A stretch of 64,000 bases of DNA from Callorhinchus milii (taxonomy: Eukaryota). Numbering within the stretch: position 1 is the stretch's first letter; every line of letters begins with the position of its first letter. The position numbers and the translations under genes are program-made. The notes below the pieces were generated by a model. That model saw only the letters and a list, made by a program, of their open reading frames with translations, made no database searches and was not told the DNA's origin. Positions 49,628 through 62,123 of this stretch are shown one piece after another. The stretch lies in NCBI RefSeq assembly GCF_018977255.1, contig NW_024704762.1, positions 7,688,001 through 7,752,000 on the forward strand, given 5' to 3'.

Positions 49628-50761
49628 ATGAAGAAATTGTACAAGACACTCTTTGAAATGATTCTGCTCATGATGGTCGGGTCTTTTGGTATACTCTTTC
49701 TACTGTGCAGTCCAAAGGAATCAGCCACACACAGCCACGTTCAAAAGGCTGCCCTCAGGCGTGTACTCCTCCCAAAGTCTACCGTGACCAAAGCCAAGAT
49801 AACAAAAACGGGATCCGTCTGCAAAGTAAATGCCTCCGTTCTCCAGCTTCCCGGCTTCTCTGAGCAGCTAGCCCACATCCAGGACTATCTGAAATACAGG
49901 CATTGCCGGGCATTTGAACTGCTCCGCAACCTTCCTGACAAATGTAGGGAGGAAGTCTTCTTGTTGCTGGTGGTAAAATCCAACCTGTTCAACTATAATC
50001 AGAGGGAGATGGTGAGGAAGACGTGGGGCAAGGAGCGGGAGATACAAGGGGTAAGAATCCGAAGGATCTTCATCGTGGCCCAGACCCCAAACCTGCAGGA
50101 ACGGGGTAAAGCGAACCAACTGTTGGAAATAGAAAACAAGGAGCACCAGGACATCCTGCAGTGGGATTTCCTGGACTCCTTCTTCAATCTAACCCTCAAA
50201 CAGTATCTGTTCCTCCAATGGATGGATGATTACTGCCCATCCGCCCAGTTTATCTTCAACGGTGATGATGACGTCTTTGCTAACACTGACAACATGGTGG
50301 AGTTCCTGTTGTCCTCTGGGTCGGGCCAGAAGCATCTGTATGTGGGATACCTCATTTATGGCGGCGGGCCTATACGTGAGAAATGGAGCAAGTATTTCAT
50401 CCCCGAGATAGTGACCACCTCAAAATCCTACCCATCTTATGTTGCGGGAGGGGGCATACTCATGTCGTACTTCACCTCCAAAGCCATCTACAAAGCTTCC
50501 CAGACTCTGGAGCTGTATCCCATCGATGACGTGTTCTTTGGGATGTGCCTGGAAAAGGCTGGACTGAGCCCGAAGTCGCACATGGGCTTCAGGACGGCTG
50601 GTGTCAGAGATCCATCTTCGAATCGCATATCCTTTGATCCCTGCTTTTACCGCGAGCTCCTGCTCGTCCACCGCTTCTGCCCTTACGAGTTGTTGCTCAT
50701 GTGGAAAGCAGTTCATGACCCCAACCTGAAGTGTAGCCTATCGCAGGACACCCCAACGTAG
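49628..50761 (+). CDS. B3GNT3: B3GNT3-like GT31 glycosyltransferase, paralog a copy 2
   Basis: 377-aa translation identical to 25878-27011; acceptor at 49620. Confidence 0.9.
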   Translation: MKKLYKTLFEMILLMMVGSFGILFLLCSPKESATHSHVQKAALRRVLLPKSTVTKAKITKTGSVCKVNASVLQLPGFSEQLAHIQDYLKYRHCRAFELLRNLPDKCREEVFLLLVVKSNLFNYNQREMVRKTWGKEREIQGVRIRRIFIVAQTPNLQERGKANQLLEIENKEHQDILQWDFLDSFFNLTLKQYLFLQWMDDYCPSAQFIFNGDDDVFANTDNMVEFLLSSGSGQKHLYVGYLIYGGGPIREKWSKYFIPEIVTTSKSYPSYVAGGGILMSYFTSKAIYKASQTLELYPIDDVFFGMCLEKAGLSPKSHMGFRTAGVRDPSSNRISFDPCFYRELLLVHRFCPYELLLMWKAVHDPNLKCSLSQDTPT

Positions 50762-51785
50762 CGGACCTGCTGCCATCTCAACAAGTCGGTTCCACCTCCT
50801 AAACACAGAGAAACCAACCTTAACGGCCGTGGACCTGAGGCTTCAAAGGAACGTTGGTGCCTCTCGAGATTGGTTGGAGTTTTTCTACCAGTGATTGACT
50901 GGGAGTTGTGAGTTTTGCACTGGGATAGTTGCGAATTCCTCGCCTCCACAATGTACTGACTTGATTTGTCACATTGCCATTTAATTGTCAGTCTCGTTGA
51001 GACTCTATCTCTGAGGTTTACTCTGTGAATGGTCTTACATCTGTACAGTAGTGAGACTTTGGGAGGGGGTGGGCTGTCGTGGCTGGGGTGTGTGGGAGGG
51101 GATTGGGGGGAGATACGGTGGGGAGAGAGATACAGGGGATGTTGGTATATTAATTCTAGACACCATTCTCCTGCGAATGATACAACTTGGGGAACATGAG
51201 AGCAAATATTGCTTATTGCCCTGCTTTTTAAAAAAATATACAGTATATCATGAAAACTTAAAGCCACTTGATTATTTTTCATAAAGAAGGGGGAGGTGGG
51301 CATTATCCCAGTGCACACTCAGCAATGGCTAGACAGCTTCTAGTGGAAATTTCCTTCAGTCTGGAATGAAGAGAGAGCCATCAACATCCAGTCGAACTAG
51401 AAGTACCTGAACTGCTGTGGTTTTAATACATGGTCGCCACTAGATAATCATAATAATAATAATCCTTGCATTTGATATACCACTTTTCATGTCTGTGGAT
51501 GGCTCTGAAAAGCACAGCATACCTCTACTCTGCTGCTGCTCAGTAATAATGTATAATAATCCTTACATTTGATATAGAGCCTTATCACATCTTCGAGATG
51601 TCTCAAAGCGCTTCACAGAATATTCTGTAAAGTGGATTGACTGGGAATTTTGTGGGGGAAACGCGGCAGCCAATTGCGCACAACAGGGTCCCACAAACAG
51701 TCGAGGATTGAGTGACCAAATTATTATTTCATGTGAGACTCCCCTTGGTGTATTTACTGTGATGGGACAGTTGTCATCTGCATAC

Positions 51786-52341
51786 TGTTGGGATCTCAAC
51801 TCCCATTGTTCGAGTCAAAAGACCAGACAATAAAGTTTTGTGGCTAACTCAGTTGATTCAAATGTAAGCACAGCAAGAATACGTGCAACATACACTACCC
51901 AGTCCTGGAGCAGTCAGCGAGCTTTGGCCCTCCGCCCCTGTGTGCCTGGTTCCCTGCTGATTCTGCTGCTTTATGTCAACAATCTTTCAACTTTATACCT
52001 TTTTGTTTATCCAATTATCAGGCACGTAGGCCTTTTGCAACTGGGCAAAGAGTCAAGCGCTCTGTTACTTCTGTTTAGCCCAAGAACCGGGCATTTTGAT
52101 TGCAAAACAGCTTGTATCCTCCCAAGGCCAATGATTGTCTTACTTCAACATTTCATGTTGACCATTTCTTCTTAACCAGACAAAAATAACTTATGTTATT
52201 AACAGATGCTGAGTGATGGTTCGAGTACAAAATGGTATTATCCGCCATTTTGATTCATATAAACAAAATTAACAACTTAACCTTTACAATTTTATTCAGC
52301 TCTGCCTTGAAATGTTTCATTACATATATCATATTCTAACA
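51786..52341 (-). mobile_element. Solo LTR at the orthologous proviral insertion site
   Basis: Single 556-bp LTR flanked by ATAC on both sides (51782-51785, 52342-52345), with the same flanks as the full provirus. Confidence 0.93.
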
Positions 52342-54539
52342 ATACTTTGTTTATTTGTTAACCCAGATCTCACAAAGCTGAGATGTATTAATTCTTGCTT
52401 CCTCTCTGGATTCACCAGCGTATAAATCTTTGTAATTCCTATACCATGTCTGGTGAAGGTTGGATTTGTGCATTTTTGGAATGGAAAATAAACCTTTGAA
52501 GGGATTATTCTGCTCCTTTGTCTGTCTTCCTCTTATACTTCTCTTGGTGAGGTAGAGTTCAGCCTAGCGTTTCCATTTCTATAGTGCCCTTCACACGGAA
52601 TAGCATCTCAGAGCACTGCAGTGTGGCAGGGTTGGATGTCAAGCAAAGGGGAGCATGGGGTTGACCAGCGATGCGGTTGGAGAGATGAATCCTAATATAC
52701 AGTCAATTCATTTTACAGTATATCCTGTGAAGTGCTTTGAGACATCTCAACAACGTGATAAGGCGCTATATCAACTGTAAGGATTCTAATTATTAGTAGT
52801 AAAGCATAGAGGAGGTACAGGCTAGTTTAGAAGAGAATGTTTGAGAAACAGAAGGAGCTGGAAAGAGAGGCGTGAAGTAAAAAGCACTCACTTCCCTTCA
52901 CAAGCTGTCCTTTGGAAACCGCAATAAAAGAGTGAATTCAGCACTTTGCGTGGGACAATTACTAGTTGCCTTCACTTGTCCTCTTCCCACTTACCACTCC
53001 TTCTTCGTTGATACTGATCTGAGTCAATGTGGGTTAGTGTGAATATGTGTGGTAGAAAAATGTCACCAAAGAAAATAAATAAGTACATGAGGGAGAAAGG
53101 AATAGAAAGTTATGCTGATAGGTTTAGTTGAGGAAGGTCAGCAGGAGGCTCATGTGGAACATAAACATGACCAATTGGGCCGAATGACCTGTTTCTGTGC
53201 CGTGTATTCCATGTAATTCTATGACAAGATAGTTTGCCTTAATTAGTAGTAATATTGAGAATTATCGTAATGTTTGACATGTGTTCCGCCCCGAAATATA
53301 CAGTCAATTCACTTTACAATATAAAGTTCACAAACACAGAGGTTGCGAGTATATTTTCTGGTAGAAAATGCCTAGATTTTTCATAGTACCATTGTAGTAA
53401 AGCTCTGCCTTCCCGGACAAACAAACACCTTTGGAATTTCCGTGTATAGGTGGGATAGTAATAATAATTCTTGCCTTTGATATAGCGCCTTATCACATCT
53501 TCAATATGTCTCAAAGCACTTCACAGAATATACTCTGAAGTGAATTGACTGTGTATTTTGCGCAGCCAATTGCGCGCAGCAATGTCCCACAAACAGTCGT
53601 AGATTGAAAATGACCAATTTATTATTGGTTTTGGAGGGATTATTATTAGGCTCTGTGTGGAGTAAGGAAACTTGCCCAAGGTTTCGCCCTGACCTGCCGG
53701 GAATTGAACTCAGGTCTCTCGCTTGCAAAGCGAGTGCTCTAACCACTGAGCTACAGGACTCCACAAACCCGCACTAGGCTCCATGACCCTATCACCCCCA
53801 TCCTCGCCCCAACTCCACTGACTTCCCATCTCACAGAAGATACAGTTCAAGATCCTGTTCAGTTCAAACAGGCGCCATTCAAATGTAAATTTATTGCTGA
53901 ATGCAAAATTTCGAGATCAACTGGTTTGACAAGTGAATAGAACATTCTGGGCAACAGCTGCAATACAAGGATTGCCTTGTGTTGAAATCCAGCCACTTTA
54001 TTTGCTTCTGAGAATCCAGAGCAACAATAATAATAATCCTTGCATTTGAGATAGCGGCCCATCATTTCGTTGAGACGTTTCAAAGAGCTTCCCGGTATAC
54101 ACTGTAAAGTGGATTGACTATATCTTGTGAGCGAAACGTGGCAGCCAGTTTGCGTACAGCGGTGTCGCACGAACAACAACAACAACCAAATTACATGTGT
54201 TACAGCGCCTTTCATGTTGGGAGGATGTCCCAAGGCGCTGGACAGACAGAGTTACGGACCCGAGCTGAGGGTCGGGAGGGAGCGGGGAGGGCAGGGCAGG
54301 GGGAGATCGAAAGCACGGTCGAAGAGGAGGGTCTTGAGGTGGGTCTTGAAGGTGGTGAGGGAGGGGGTGAGATGGAGGGACTGCGGGATGGAGTTGCAGA
54401 GGGTGGGTGCAGAGTGGTGGAAGGCTTACCCGCTGATAGTGGGATGAGTGAGGTGGGGGACGTGAAGCAGGTCAGAGCCACCTGAGCGGAGGGAGAGAAT
54501 AGGGTGGTAGGGGGGTTAGATGGTCGGAGAGGTCAGGGG

Positions 54540-56792
54540 GAGCAAGACTGTGGAGGGCTTTGAAGGTGAGGACCAGGATCTTGAACTGTATTCTCTGTGT
54601 GATGGGAAGCCAGTGGAGTCGGGTAAGGATGGGGGTGATAGGGTCGCGGAGCCTGGTGCGGGAGAGGACACAGACTGCAGAGTTCTGGATGATCTGCAGC
54701 CTATGGAGGGAGGAGTTGGGAAGGCTGACAAGCAGGGAGTTTGCATAGTCGAGCCTCAGTGCAATGAAAGCGTGTATGAGGGTTTCAGCAGCCTGTGGTG
54801 TGAGACAATGTCGGAGTCGGGCGACGTTGCAGAGGTGGGGAAAGACAGATCGGGTCATGGCGCAGATGTGGGGTAGAAAGGATAGTTAAGGGTCAAACAA
54901 GACCCCAAGGTTCCAGACTGGCTTAGCAAGGTGGTGGGTTTCATACGGGTTATGGTGGTGGTGAGAGCGGAGGGGAAGATAGGTTCAAAGGTGTGGAGGG
55001 AGGGGTGGGTAGGGGCTGGGGTTGGAGGGGGAGATGGGGAGGGGGTAGCAGTTGCATTGGCAGAGGCAGCTGAGCAGATTCCCTTGACTTTGGATTCGAG
55101 TAAGTCCAGCTTCGCCTCGCAGTTGGCATTTGAGGTGAGGATGGGTGAGGCGTGAGAGATTGGCCGGAGGAGTCGGTTTGTGATGGAGAAGAGGAGCCTG
55201 GGGTTGTCCTTGGAGTAGAACAATGATTTAGGGGAGGCGAGGGCAGAGTGGTAGGATTTGACACGTGCCTGGGCTTTAAGGGAGCGGAGGTGGCTGGTGT
55301 ACCAGGGTGATTTGCGTGAGTAGGAGACAGTTCAGGAAGAGAGGGGAGCGAGGGAATTGAGAGTGGAGGAGGGAGCTGTGGAGAAGTTTGACTGAGGAGG
55401 ATAGATCATTGCAGGAGGACGCCCAGAGGGGAAGGAGTTCAGATAACTCCGAGGCAGGCGAGAGAGAGAGGGGGAGCAGTAGATAAGGAGAAGTTTGAGG
55501 GAAAGATTGGAGCGGTGATAGAGGAGGGGAAAGTTCCAGAGGAGCAAAGGGATCGTCTGAGCCGGGAGGGACGAGTTGTGAAATTAGCAGGCGATGCGGT
55601 GACTTAATGTTAAGAGCACAAGTGTTTCTTGAGCCCTGTCCTGCTGCTGGTTCCATCCTTAAAATAAAGCATTGACCATCATCTATTGCACTTATTCAAG
55701 GACCCTTGTTTTTGTAAATTGAAAATGACGCAACTGGTTTGGGTTTGTAGAGTCCTGACTAGAAACTCAGATTGAAATGAGCAGCCAGGACATTGTGTTG
55801 ACTGCGATACACTATGTACAGACCCACAGGCACACAGTCACTGAAGAGATAGAGGGGGATCTTATCCAGACCATTAAACCTTTTTTTGGGGGGGAGGGGC
55901 GCGGGTCAGCGAGAGAACGAGAGAGAGAGAGAGTGGGTAATGTTAGGAATTGGGGAAAGAGAAAATAAGCAGAGAGTAAAGAGAGGGGAGAGGCGCAGAA
56001 GGAGAGAAGAAAGAAGGGAGGAAGACAAAAGGGAAGGATTGTTAGAAAATGTAATTGATTATTTCTCGTACAAAGGCTTGGGCAAACTGAGCTAACTGGA
56101 ATCTAAGTAGGTAAAACAACATAGTTTGTCAGTGAGAGCATCGTATCTGTTGATTGATGAGTCATGAGCTGGATTGCGCTAGAGTCGCCCTGGAATACTG
56201 TGGACCCGCCTGCCTCAGGAACCAGACTGGAGACCGCTGCAGAGGGTGGGATCGATTCCGACACATCACCTCGGAGCCAGGAGACCCTCTTGCCTCACTC
56301 CTCTCCATGCCTCGCTGGGAGAAAGTGAGTGAGAGAGAGGGAGAGAGAGAGAGACAGAGACAGAAATGGAGGGTGGCAGAGTGGTAGTCATGTGCAGTGT
56401 CTATCACAACACCGTGTAGCTTCTGCTGTTTGCCTCCACTCCATCAGGGCAACACACCTCTACCCGGTACACTGTGTGATCACATCAATTTAAGGAGAGG
56501 AGGTGGGGGGTAGTGCTTACGGTCACCTCACCCCTCCCCCTGGCTCGGGGTCAGACTCCGCCACTGTCAAGCGCTCCGGGATGCGATCCCCCCCCATGTT
56601 ACTTAACCACGAGTTCTAGTCACTCAATCCTGAATCCTGACCTGCGTCACGTCCTCACCTTGTAGGACCTGAGGATGAATCCCATTTTTTCTCTGTTGCT
56701 CTCGGTCTCTCTCAGGGGTTTTTCTCCCGGGGGAAAGAAACAAACAACAACAACTTGCGTTTGTATAGCACCTGTCACGTCGGCAGGAAGTC
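54540..56792. repeat. Third copy of block X
   Basis: Matches 16535-18786 and 39400-41653; diverges after gtcggcaggaagtc. Confidence 0.92.
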
Positions 56793-56842
56793 CCATAGCG
56801 CTGGACAGTCAGGGATGTGCACTGGGTTGGGGTTTAAAATAC

Positions 56843-57005
56843 CAGCCTGGCTCAGCCGGTAGCACTCTCGCCTCTGGAGTCAGAAGGTTGTGGTTCAAGC
56901 ACCGCATTGGGATTCAGTTGGTCTAGACTGATACACACAGCACACCAATGTGGTGCTGGAGGAGTCGGAGGAATCATGAGATGTTTAAACTGAGGTCCTA
57001 TCTGC
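56843..57005 (+). mobile_element. Deu-domain SINE fragment
   Basis: tggctcagccggtagcactctcgcctctggagtcagaaggttgtggttcaagc tRNA-like head. Confidence 0.65.
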
Positions 57006-58324
57006 GGGTAAAATATATACAGTCAATTTCATTTGACACTTTACAAAAAAAATCAATTAAAACAGAATGTTGGCCTGATGTTGCTACATGTGAAATGACT
57101 GCCATGTTTGCCTGGTGGGGGGGGAAAAAAACCCATCACTGCATGACAGTAATTGAAGTGAAGCACTTTGTGGGGGTTTTGAGGTGATTAATAATAGAAG
57201 GCGATTTCTCTCATGAGCTCATTATGGAATGGAAAGTGTGACACGGGTGTGGATACCAGCAATCTGTACCGAGATGGTCTGCTCCTGTTAATAATAATAT
57301 TGATAATAATCCTTGAACTTTACATAGCTCCTTATCATGTCTTTCAGACGTCTGAAAGCGCTTCACAGAATATACTGTAAAGTGAGTTGGCTGTACATTC
57401 TGTGGATGAAACACGGCAGCCAATTGCGCACAGCAGCGTCCCCACACAAACAGTCGTGGATGGAGTGACCAAATCTATGTATCTATTTATCTATTTATTT
57501 AGTTTATTGAAAGGTTTATTATGTAATGGGGTAACGTGGCCTTTTCTGGGAAGAGACGTCAGCAATGAGGTAACTTCATCTCCGGACTGCATCATAGGGC
57601 GGAGAGGGTGTTGGAGATTTAGTTCTGCCTTTCGATGTGACTGCGCTCCTAAGATAATAAAAGTTGCCTTGATGTTAAACTCTGTACTTTGAAAAGAAAA
57701 GATAATGAGTCAAGGCATTGCGCTATCACACAGCTACCCCTGACCCTTGGAACCGCAGCTCTGATAATTAGCACAAAAATACTTGACATTGGGACTGGAT
57801 TGAGTAGTGCTTGAGTGACAAACAAATAGCCTGGACTCAAAGGGCAAGGCGAGATGGAGAGAGGGGAGCACAGCAGATGGGGTGGTGGTGTGGGGGGATG
57901 CGGTGTGTGAGGGGGATGACGGGTGGGGGAGAGGGGGGTGAAAGAGATGGAGTGGGGAAGGAAGTGGAGAGGCGTCGGGAGAAGATTTTAGTAAGTGGGG
58001 TTGTGTTTGTTACCATTACGTCTTGAAAAGTATAATTATTGCTTAATTAAAAATAATTGTAGGCCCACAGCTGTCGCAGAGCTTCAACAAAATGTGTCCA
58101 AACAGTGGCCATTTTGCTTGTCAGATGTGGAGGCACTTCCACATTGGTGAACCAACATCCAATTCAACCTGAGGGATTGAAATGGATCCCTTGTCACCTT
58201 ATCGCATCAAAACACCTCAAAGGCTGGTATACACGTGACCAGTAGCCACTGGGTTGGACAGCGTCGGTTAAACATCTCAATCGAAGGACAAGATCTCCAA
58301 CATTGCTCCCCCAGCTCTGTACTG

Positions 58325-58645
58325 GGGCGAAACCTTCGGCAAGTTTCCTTACTCCACACACACACACGCCTCTGTTTACCTAGTATTAAATGGGAACCCG
58401 GTTGTCAGTCGATTGTCGGATCGCTCTCTGGGGGTAATAATCCCTCCAAAATAATAATAATTTAATCACTCAATCCACGGCTGTTTGCGGGACACTGCTG
58501 TGCGCAATTGGCTGCCGCGTTTTGCCCACAAAGTGCACAGTCACTCCGCTTTACGTTGTATCCCCTGAAGCGCTTTGAGACGTCTCGAAGACGGGGGGGC
58601 AAGGCTCTGTCTCAAATGCAAGGATTATTATTAGTAGTAGTATTA
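58325..58645 (+). mobile_element. tRNA-derived SINE lacking the head
   Basis: gcgaaaccttcggcaagtttccttactccacac...body...(TTA/GTA) tail. Confidence 0.8.
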
Positions 58646-59340
58646 CTGACCGCCAGCCTGGACTGTGAGCTCAAAGTGAGTATATTCGCCAAACACAAGG
58701 AACACGCTCACAAAATAAATGGTACCGTAAGCCCGGCAGGTTATGCGGCAGATAAACACCGATCTCAGGTTACGCTCAAAAAAGTTATGATACAAAGTGG
58801 AATGAATTGAACCAAATTGTAGAGATTGGAGCAATGCCTTGGGAATCACAGCAAAAGCGCGCCAGCCTGTGGCCAAACCAAGAAATAGCAAGTCTGTTCG
58901 TAGATTCGAGCATCCTCATATCGTTTACACAAGTTGCATAATACAGAGTCTGGATCGAACTCTGTTGTTGTGAAATGTGCCCAATCACAAAGCAGGGAAT
59001 GTGATGTTAATGAGCTGGTCCTTATTAACCAGCCAGATAACTAGCTAACTAATTGCTAGTTGCAATAAGCTAGATATAATTCAAAAATATCAAATGCAAG
59101 GATTATAATTATTATTATTATTATTATTAACTAGGAGCTTTACTTGTTATCTTCTTCAGGTGGACAGTGTAGCGGGAGCTTTACTTTGTATATAACCCAT
59201 CCTGTAGCTGACCCGGGAGTTGTGAGAAGTGACGCTGTGAGCCTGAAAATGTGAAAAAGCTGCATTTTCAGCAAAAATATCCCTTTGTCTGAAGGAAAAG
59301 GAAACAATTTATCACAGTTGCATCTCAGTCACTTGTATTA

Positions 59341-59770
59341 GGTCAGCTTGGCTCAGTTGGTAGCACTCTCACCTCTGAGCCAGGACGCTGTGTGGTTTCA
59401 AGCCCCACATCGAGACTGGAAACTCACATAGACTGGGGTGACATTCCGGGGCAGTGCTGGGGGTGTGGGAGATTCACCATGTTCTGGATGAGACGTTAAA
59501 CTGAATTCCCATCTGCTCATACCTTCCCAGGTATTCAGGTTAATGTTGAAGATCCTGCAGCGCTATTTGAAAAGAGAAGGGAATTTCTCCCAGTTTTCCT
59601 GACTCAACAATCCTCGAGATAAAAATGGCCATTCACTTGCACGGCTGTTTACTGCGCGCAATTTGGCTGCCGCGTTCACCTACAAAACCCATAGTCACTA
59701 CACGTTACAGTAAACCCTGCGAAGAGCTTTGAGATGCCTTCCTCCTGGAGCAAAGGCGTTGTATCAAACT
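59341..59770 (+). mobile_element. Deu-domain SINE, near full length, degenerate
   Basis: gtcagcttggctcagttggtagcactctcacctctgag head; ggatgagacgttaaactga; ttggctgccgcgtt core. Confidence 0.65.
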
Positions 59771-59879
59771 CCAAGCGATGGGGGAAGGAAGAGAAGCCGG
59801 GTAGACAAACATATCTTGTCCTTATAATTTAAAAAGGAAAAAAAATACATGTCGAACAACATTTTCATATCAGTGTAAC

Positions 59880-60010
59880 TTTCAAGGCCAAGCCGAACGA
59901 CAATCCAGCACATTCTATCAACCACCAAGGCCGTGAGGGTCAGAAGCCAGCTCCCCTCCAAGTAACACATGGCCAGTTGAGCCAGCAGCTGATAGCTGAT
60001 GGTATAAAAG
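59880..60010 (+). promoter_or_regulatory. Proximal promoter of the relaxin-family gene: TATA box, NR5A1/SF-1-type and GATA sites
   Basis: TATAAAA at 60003-60009; TCAAGGCCA at 59882-59890; CCAAGGCCG at 59925-59933; GATA motifs ctatca (59915) and tgatag (about 59990). Confidence 0.6.
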
Positions 60011-60177
60011 TAGCCATCGATCCACCAGGAGCTCAGAGCCCGCGTCTGTGCAGTGAGTCCCACTCCAAGCCGTGTGGTTATCTGCTTCCTCCGACCGAGC
60101 TTTGTTTTTACTTCATCTCCTCCGACCAGAGGCCGTTCTTCCTTGACTGAGACACCAGCCACTCCTCCACAAGCAGA

Positions 60178-60367
60178 ATGAAGCTGGTTCTCTGGGCCCT
60201 GAGCTGTTGCCTCTTGGCTTCCATGCCGAGTGCGAGAGCGCAGGTGACTGAATACGGAATCAAGGTCTGCGGCCGGGAGTTTGTCCGCATGGTCATTGAC
60301 TCCTGTGGAAGCTCCAGGTTGAGGAGGCATTCCTCTGAGAGAGCCCAGAGGAGGCACAGCCTTCACG
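60178..60367 (+). CDS. INSL3: Insulin/relaxin-family prepropeptide, exon 1 (signal peptide, B chain, start of C peptide)
   Basis: MKLVLWALSCCLLASMPSARA-QVTEYGIKVCGREFVRMVIDSCGSSRLRR; donor CACG|GTAAGT, phase 1. Family is certain; the INSL3 label is inferred from synteny and promoter. Confidence 0.8.
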
Positions 60368-60469
60368 GTAAGTGATGGCACCTGTGCCTATTGACGCCTC
60401 TTATCTGAACATTAATGGAGCTTTATTCAGGTGGGGAGGAAGAGGGGTTAAGAAGAAAAGTTTTCAGGC

Positions 60470-60735
60470 AGAGATTTACACTTGTTTTTCCACACAAAAG
60501 GCAGTCATGGAAATCTGGAACTCTTTCCCCCTCAAAAGGCTGTGGATTCTGGCTGGATCAATGGAGATTTTCCAGGCTGAGGTGGATAGAGCTTTGTTAG
60601 GTGAGGGTAGCAAGGGATATGGAGCAAAGGCAAGGAAATGGCACTGAGGTACAGGTAAGCCATGATCTAATAGAATGGAGGAACAAGCTCGAGTCACTGA
60701 ATGGCCTACTCCTGATCCTCGATTCCAATGTTCCT
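60470..60735 (+). mobile_element. CR1 3' fragment in the intron
   Basis: aatctggaactctttcccc...aagggatatggag...aatggcctactcctgatcct CR1 3' end. Confidence 0.75.
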
Positions 60736-61699
60736 AGAGAGCCATTTAGGACATGGAATGACTCACCACAGACAAACTTGCGGTCGAATTGTGTAAGCGT
60801 TGAAAAGGGATATTGTATAACTGCTGGAGGGAAGTGAATGTAAAGGCTGTGAGAACCAGTGTTGGGCATCTCATGTGGTTCAGAGCTGCGAGTTTTATGT
60901 TTACTAGAAACAACATAAAACACCCGCTCAGGACTTTTAAGGTAACCTGGATATTCGACCATCTAACCAATAATATCGATCATCATAATGATCCTTGCAT
61001 TTGATATGCTGATGAAATTTTTATTTATATTTATATTTTAGTCATGCATTCGGTTTCTTGATTGTTCTGGCCAGGATTGTGTGGGTGAGGGGGTAAGTGG
61101 ATGTGGAGGAGGGGTGGTGTTTGAGGGATAGAGGTGGTTAAGAGTACAAATGGGGAAGGGACCAGGTTGTAATAATCAAATCCTGGCATTTGATATATCG
61201 CCTTATCACGTCGTCGAGATGTCTCAAAGCAGCCAGTTGCGCACAGCACAAACAGCCATGGAGCGAGTGACCAATTTTACTTGGGGGGGGGGGGATTGTT
61301 GGCCAGGACATTGGGAGAAAGAAACTCCCGACTCTTTGCGAATGCCTCTGAAGTGGGCAGAGAGTCACTGTGTACAAAGACAGCAGGTTACCCTCCCAGA
61401 GAAAGTGATGGGGAACATTCAAGTCGACTATTGGTGAATGCAGCAAGTTCTGCAATTACTTTCTGTGTAATTTTAACTGGATTTTTTTTTAAGATACTTA
61501 GTCTCATCATCAACAACTCCCAAGTCATGTTTAGCGTGGGCCAGAGCCCTGGGACATCTTTCCGACATGAAGGGCACTATACAACTGTAATTTGTTGTTG
61601 TTCTTGGTCAGATCGAGAGCTCTTGCTCCAATCCAATGTTAAGAGGAGCGCATGGGTCTGATATTTCCATCTCGTGCCATGTTGAAATCATGACGACGA

Positions 61700-61895
61700 T
61701 AATAATCCTCGCATTTAACAGATCGCCTTTCAATCCACGACGGTTTGTGGGACGTCGCTATACGCGATTGGCTGCCGCGTTTCGCCCACAAAATGCACAG
61801 TCAATTCACTTGACAGTATGTTTTGTGAAGCGCTTTGAGACGTCTCGAAGATGTGACAAGGCGCTATATCAACTGCAGGGGTTATTATTAATTAT
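61700..61895 (+). mobile_element. SINE 3' part in the intron
   Basis: SINE body and (TTA) tail. Confidence 0.75.
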
Positions 61896-62123
61896 CACCT
61901 CCAACTTTCTCAAAGCACTTTACAAAGTTTTTTTTGTCAAGTGTCTTGATAAGGGCAAGTGTCCAAATTGTAGGCAATGCAACAGCTAATTTGTACGCAG
62001 CGATATTCCCACAAACACCCGTGAAGCACTTGTGTGTATGTTTTTTTTAAAAAGATCTTTTCATTTGGACAAAACTAAGTGCTTTGGGTTCAATTAAATG
62101 AAATAAATTGTGTTGCGTTGCAG

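Larger units (their letters stand above)
39400..54540. repeat. Tandem segmental duplication, unit 2 (shorter: solo LTR, paralog b deleted)
   Basis: Collinear near-identity with unit 1 apart from three structural differences and gap lengths. Confidence 0.93.

Noticed and set aside
59160-59235. ggacagtgtagcgggagctttactttgtat...cgggagt segment
   Set aside because: Resembles a common ancient shark repeat fragment; too short and degenerate to classify.
59764-60381. 205-aa minus-strand ORF over the INSL exon 1/promoter
   Set aside because: Antisense shadow ORF with a non-ATG start and no domain.
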